Source: Spirochaetota bacterium (GTDB lineage Bacteria; Spirochaetota; UBA4802; UBA5550). From it: a stretch of 64,000 bases of DNA. A program made the position numbers and the translations under genes. Positions 61,665 to 64,000 of the stretch are shown here, in pieces. The notes below the pieces were generated by a model. The model saw only the letters and a list, made by a program, of their open reading frames with translations. It was not told where the DNA came from and made no database searches. Position 1 is the stretch's first letter. Every line of letters starts with the position of its first letter. The stretch covers positions 2,784,001 to 2,848,000 of the forward strand of contig CAXXHB010000003.1 of the NCBI GenBank assembly GCA_963664815.2, given 5' to 3'.

Positions 61665-62099
61665 ATGCTTCCATGTACAATTCGCCAAGCCAGGTTTACC
61701 GATATTGAATCAGTTCTTGAAATTGAAAAACAGTCTATCAACTCCTGGACATATAATCAATTCATTCAGGAGTTAAATCATGAATTCTCGGTTTTTCTGA
61801 TAGCTGAACATGAAGGTTTAATAGCAGGCTACCTCATAGCATGGAAAATTGCTGATGAGATACAGCTTAACAGCATTGCTGTAAGCAACAATTTCAGAAA
61901 ACACGGAATCGGCAGCAAACTACTATCAGAATTGACTACCAATAAATCAGATAATATATATTCTTCAATTTTCCTCGAAGTAAGAAGTAAAAATAATGAT
62001 GCAATCAATTTTTATTTAGATAACGGCTTTACAAAAACAGGACTCAGAAAGAAATATTATACTGATGACGATGCAGTTATAATGGAGAAAAAGTTATAA
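61665..62099 (+). CDS. rimI: Ribosomal-protein-alanine N-acetyltransferase
   Basis: LEVRSKN..A..FY...GF...GLRKKYY.DDDAVIM. Confidence 0.9.
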   Translation: MLPCTIRQARFTDIESVLEIEKQSINSWTYNQFIQELNHEFSVFLIAEHEGLIAGYLIAWKIADEIQLNSIAVSNNFRKHGIGSKLLSELTTNKSDNIYSSIFLEVRSKNNDAINFYLDNGFTKTGLRKKYYTDDDAVIMEKKL

Positions 62100-62696
62100 A
62101 TGAAAATTAAAAGTGCCTCTTTTTTAAAAAGCTGTACCGGATTTTCACAATTTCCGGCATATGATCATCCAGAGTTTGCTTTTTTTGGACGATCAAACGT
62201 AGGCAAATCCTCACTTCTTAATATGATTCTTGGTCAGAAAGATCTCGTTAAAACCGGTTCACGTCCAGGTGTAACACAGACTATTAATTTTTTCATAGTT
62301 AATGATAACCGTTCATTTGTAGATCTTCCCGGTTTCGGTTATGCCAAACTTCCTATGACTATAAAAAAGAAACTCATGCCTATGATTGTTGAATATATTG
62401 AAAAACGGGAAAATCTCAAATTGGCTTTTTTGCTTATAGATATAAGAAGAATTCCTGGAGTTTATGAAAAAGATTTAATTGAACTACTTGCTAAAAACAA
62501 AATTCCCGTTGTAATAACATTAACAAAATGTGACAAACTCTCAAAAAATCAGAGACATAAATATATATCTGAAATTCAGAAATCACTTGAGATCGAAAAA
62601 GATTCAATTTTTCTGACGTCATCAGAGACTACTGAAGGGAAAAAAGAGCTTCTAATGCTGATCGATGAATTTTCTCATTCAAAAGCGACCCTATAA
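62100..62696 (+). CDS. engB: Ribosome-biogenesis GTPase EngB/YihA/YsxC
   Basis: GRSNVGKS, PG.T, DLPGFGYA, TKCDK. Confidence 0.96.
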   Translation: MKIKSASFLKSCTGFSQFPAYDHPEFAFFGRSNVGKSSLLNMILGQKDLVKTGSRPGVTQTINFFIVNDNRSFVDLPGFGYAKLPMTIKKKLMPMIVEYIEKRENLKLAFLLIDIRRIPGVYEKDLIELLAKNKIPVVITLTKCDKLSKNQRHKYISEIQKSLEIEKDSIFLTSSETTEGKKELLMLIDEFSHSKATL

Positions 62697-63287
62697 TTGA
62701 GTCATAAGATACATGATTCTGCTTGCTTTATCCTTCAAAGGAGGAATAGTCATTAAATAAGGAGTTATACTCATTTTTCCCGCAGCTTCCGAATCAGCAT
62801 CCATTTGACGGAGTACATCAATTATGAGTGTTTCATCCCAGTTTGATATTATTTTAGCAGATTCTTCCGGAGGTATATTTGACATTTTGCTGGCAAGTAT
62901 TACAACATTTTTTCTGTATCCTGAATCTTTCTTCCTGTCATTTTCAAGTTTTTTCTGTTCAATCTCCAGCCCTTTCCTGATCTGGTCGAGTTTATCTTTT
63001 TCAGAGTTTATCTCTTTTTCTCTCTCTGCAAGAAGCGCTTCTCTTTTATCAATATCCTCAATACGCTCCTGTAACTTTTCCTTTTCTTTTCCAAATTCCT
63101 CTTTCTCAATCAGAGATGGCTCATCACCGGCAGCATCAAGAGAAAGTTCCGGCTCTCCTTTTAAAGTACTGAATTTTGACTCAAGATTAATGAGCCCGAT
63201 ATTATCAAGCCAGAAGATACCAACTCCAGCTAAAAAGAATATAAGTATTACCAGATATAATATTTTTGATCTGTTTGATACCATCAT
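62691..63287 (-). CDS. flbB: Periplasmic-flagellum collar protein FlbB
   Basis: TM ending 'FWLDNIGLI', coiled coil, 'SNIPPEESAKII...IIDVLRQMD..ITPYLM'. Confidence 0.78.
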   Translation of the reverse strand: MMVSNRSKILYLVILIFFLAGVGIFWLDNIGLINLESKFSTLKGEPELSLDAAGDEPSLIEKEEFGKEKEKLQERIEDIDKREALLAEREKEINSEKDKLDQIRKGLEIEQKKLENDRKKDSGYRKNVVILASKMSNIPPEESAKIISNWDETLIIDVLRQMDADSEAAGKMSITPYLMTIPPLKDKASRIMYLMTQL

Positions 63288-63387
63288 AAACTTTGCTCCG
63301 TTAATATTTAAAAAGATTTAACTATCTGATACATTTCTTCTTGTTTTCCAAAAGCGGAATATTATACCGCAGAGCCTTTATTAACAT

Positions 63388-63966
63388 TTACCTTCCGCTT
63401 TCCTTTTTATATAGCTCTATTACTTTTTTCACATATTCGCGTGTTTCTTTAAAATCCGGAATCCCACCTGCTTTATCAACATTTCCTTGACCGGCATTAT
63501 AAGCTGCAAGTGCCAGCTTATAATTACCATTATTATGGTCTATAAGATCTCTCAGAAATGTAACCCCGCCTTTGATATTTTCTTCTGGATCAAATGGATT
63601 TTCAACTCCCAGCCCCATTGCTGTTTCAGGCATGAGCTGCATAAGCCCCATAGCTCCTTTTGGAGAAAGAGCATCTGTCCGATAACCAGATTCGGCCTGT
63701 ATTACAGAACGAACAAGCGGGGCTGGTACTCCTTTCTTCTGTGAATAATAATTTACCAATTTGTCTATATCCTTTTTTGTTACACTCTCCTCTTCATTTA
63801 AACCATAATCAGCATCAATGCGCCCGATAGCCTCATCTGTCATCTTATTAAAACTTCTGTCCTTATCCGGAACAGAAGATGATATGTTGGTTTTATTGAG
63901 ACCAAACCTGCTCTTAATCTCATTTATTCTATGCATGACATTGTACATATCTTCTATCATAAACAC
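63388..63966 (-). CDS. SLT-family lytic transglycosylase
   Basis: AESG, SPKGAMGLMQLMP, AAYNAG, ETREYV. Confidence 0.95.
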   Translation of the reverse strand: MFMIEDMYNVMHRINEIKSRFGLNKTNISSSVPDKDRSFNKMTDEAIGRIDADYGLNEEESVTKKDIDKLVNYYSQKKGVPAPLVRSVIQAESGYRTDALSPKGAMGLMQLMPETAMGLGVENPFDPEENIKGGVTFLRDLIDHNNGNYKLALAAYNAGQGNVDKAGGIPDFKETREYVKKVIELYKKESGR

Positions 63967-64000
63967 CTCACATTAATTTTCTATGATAAAGTTTCTGGTT

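Overview
Chromosomal window of a spirochete, most likely class Leptospirae. This is inferred from flbB, an mfd-lipL31-like gene pair, an OmpL47-type Ig-like protein, BspA-type LRR and SH3 exported proteins, and HDOD/HD-GYP signalling genes. The first ~25 kb is accessory-like: an IS1182-like element inserted into an array of GTAG-REP-like hairpins, many exported or lipoproteins, c-di-GMP enzymes, a class I adenylate cyclase and queG. The rest is mostly housekeeping and envelope genes (corA, thiD2-thiE, rsmE, thiC, pyrG, mfd, comEC, maf, fusA, rimI, engB, flbB). I saw no tRNA, rRNA, CRISPR array or prophage. The best leads are: (1) a LolA-fold gene overlapping a two-POTRA Omp85/TpsB-like barrel gene that has no TpsA partner; (2) a ~100-145 bp non-coding element present twice in inverted orientation (12.0 and 32.2 kb); (3) strong CCGG enrichment in AT-rich spacers; (4) an uncalled edge ORF with HMG-box-like motifs; (5) a sigma54-type promoter ahead of a secreted Lys/Glu-rich peptide; (6) a GAF-PP2C pseudophosphatase; (7) a thiE-radical SAM-thioesterase operon. 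All family calls come from reading motifs by eye, not from database searches.
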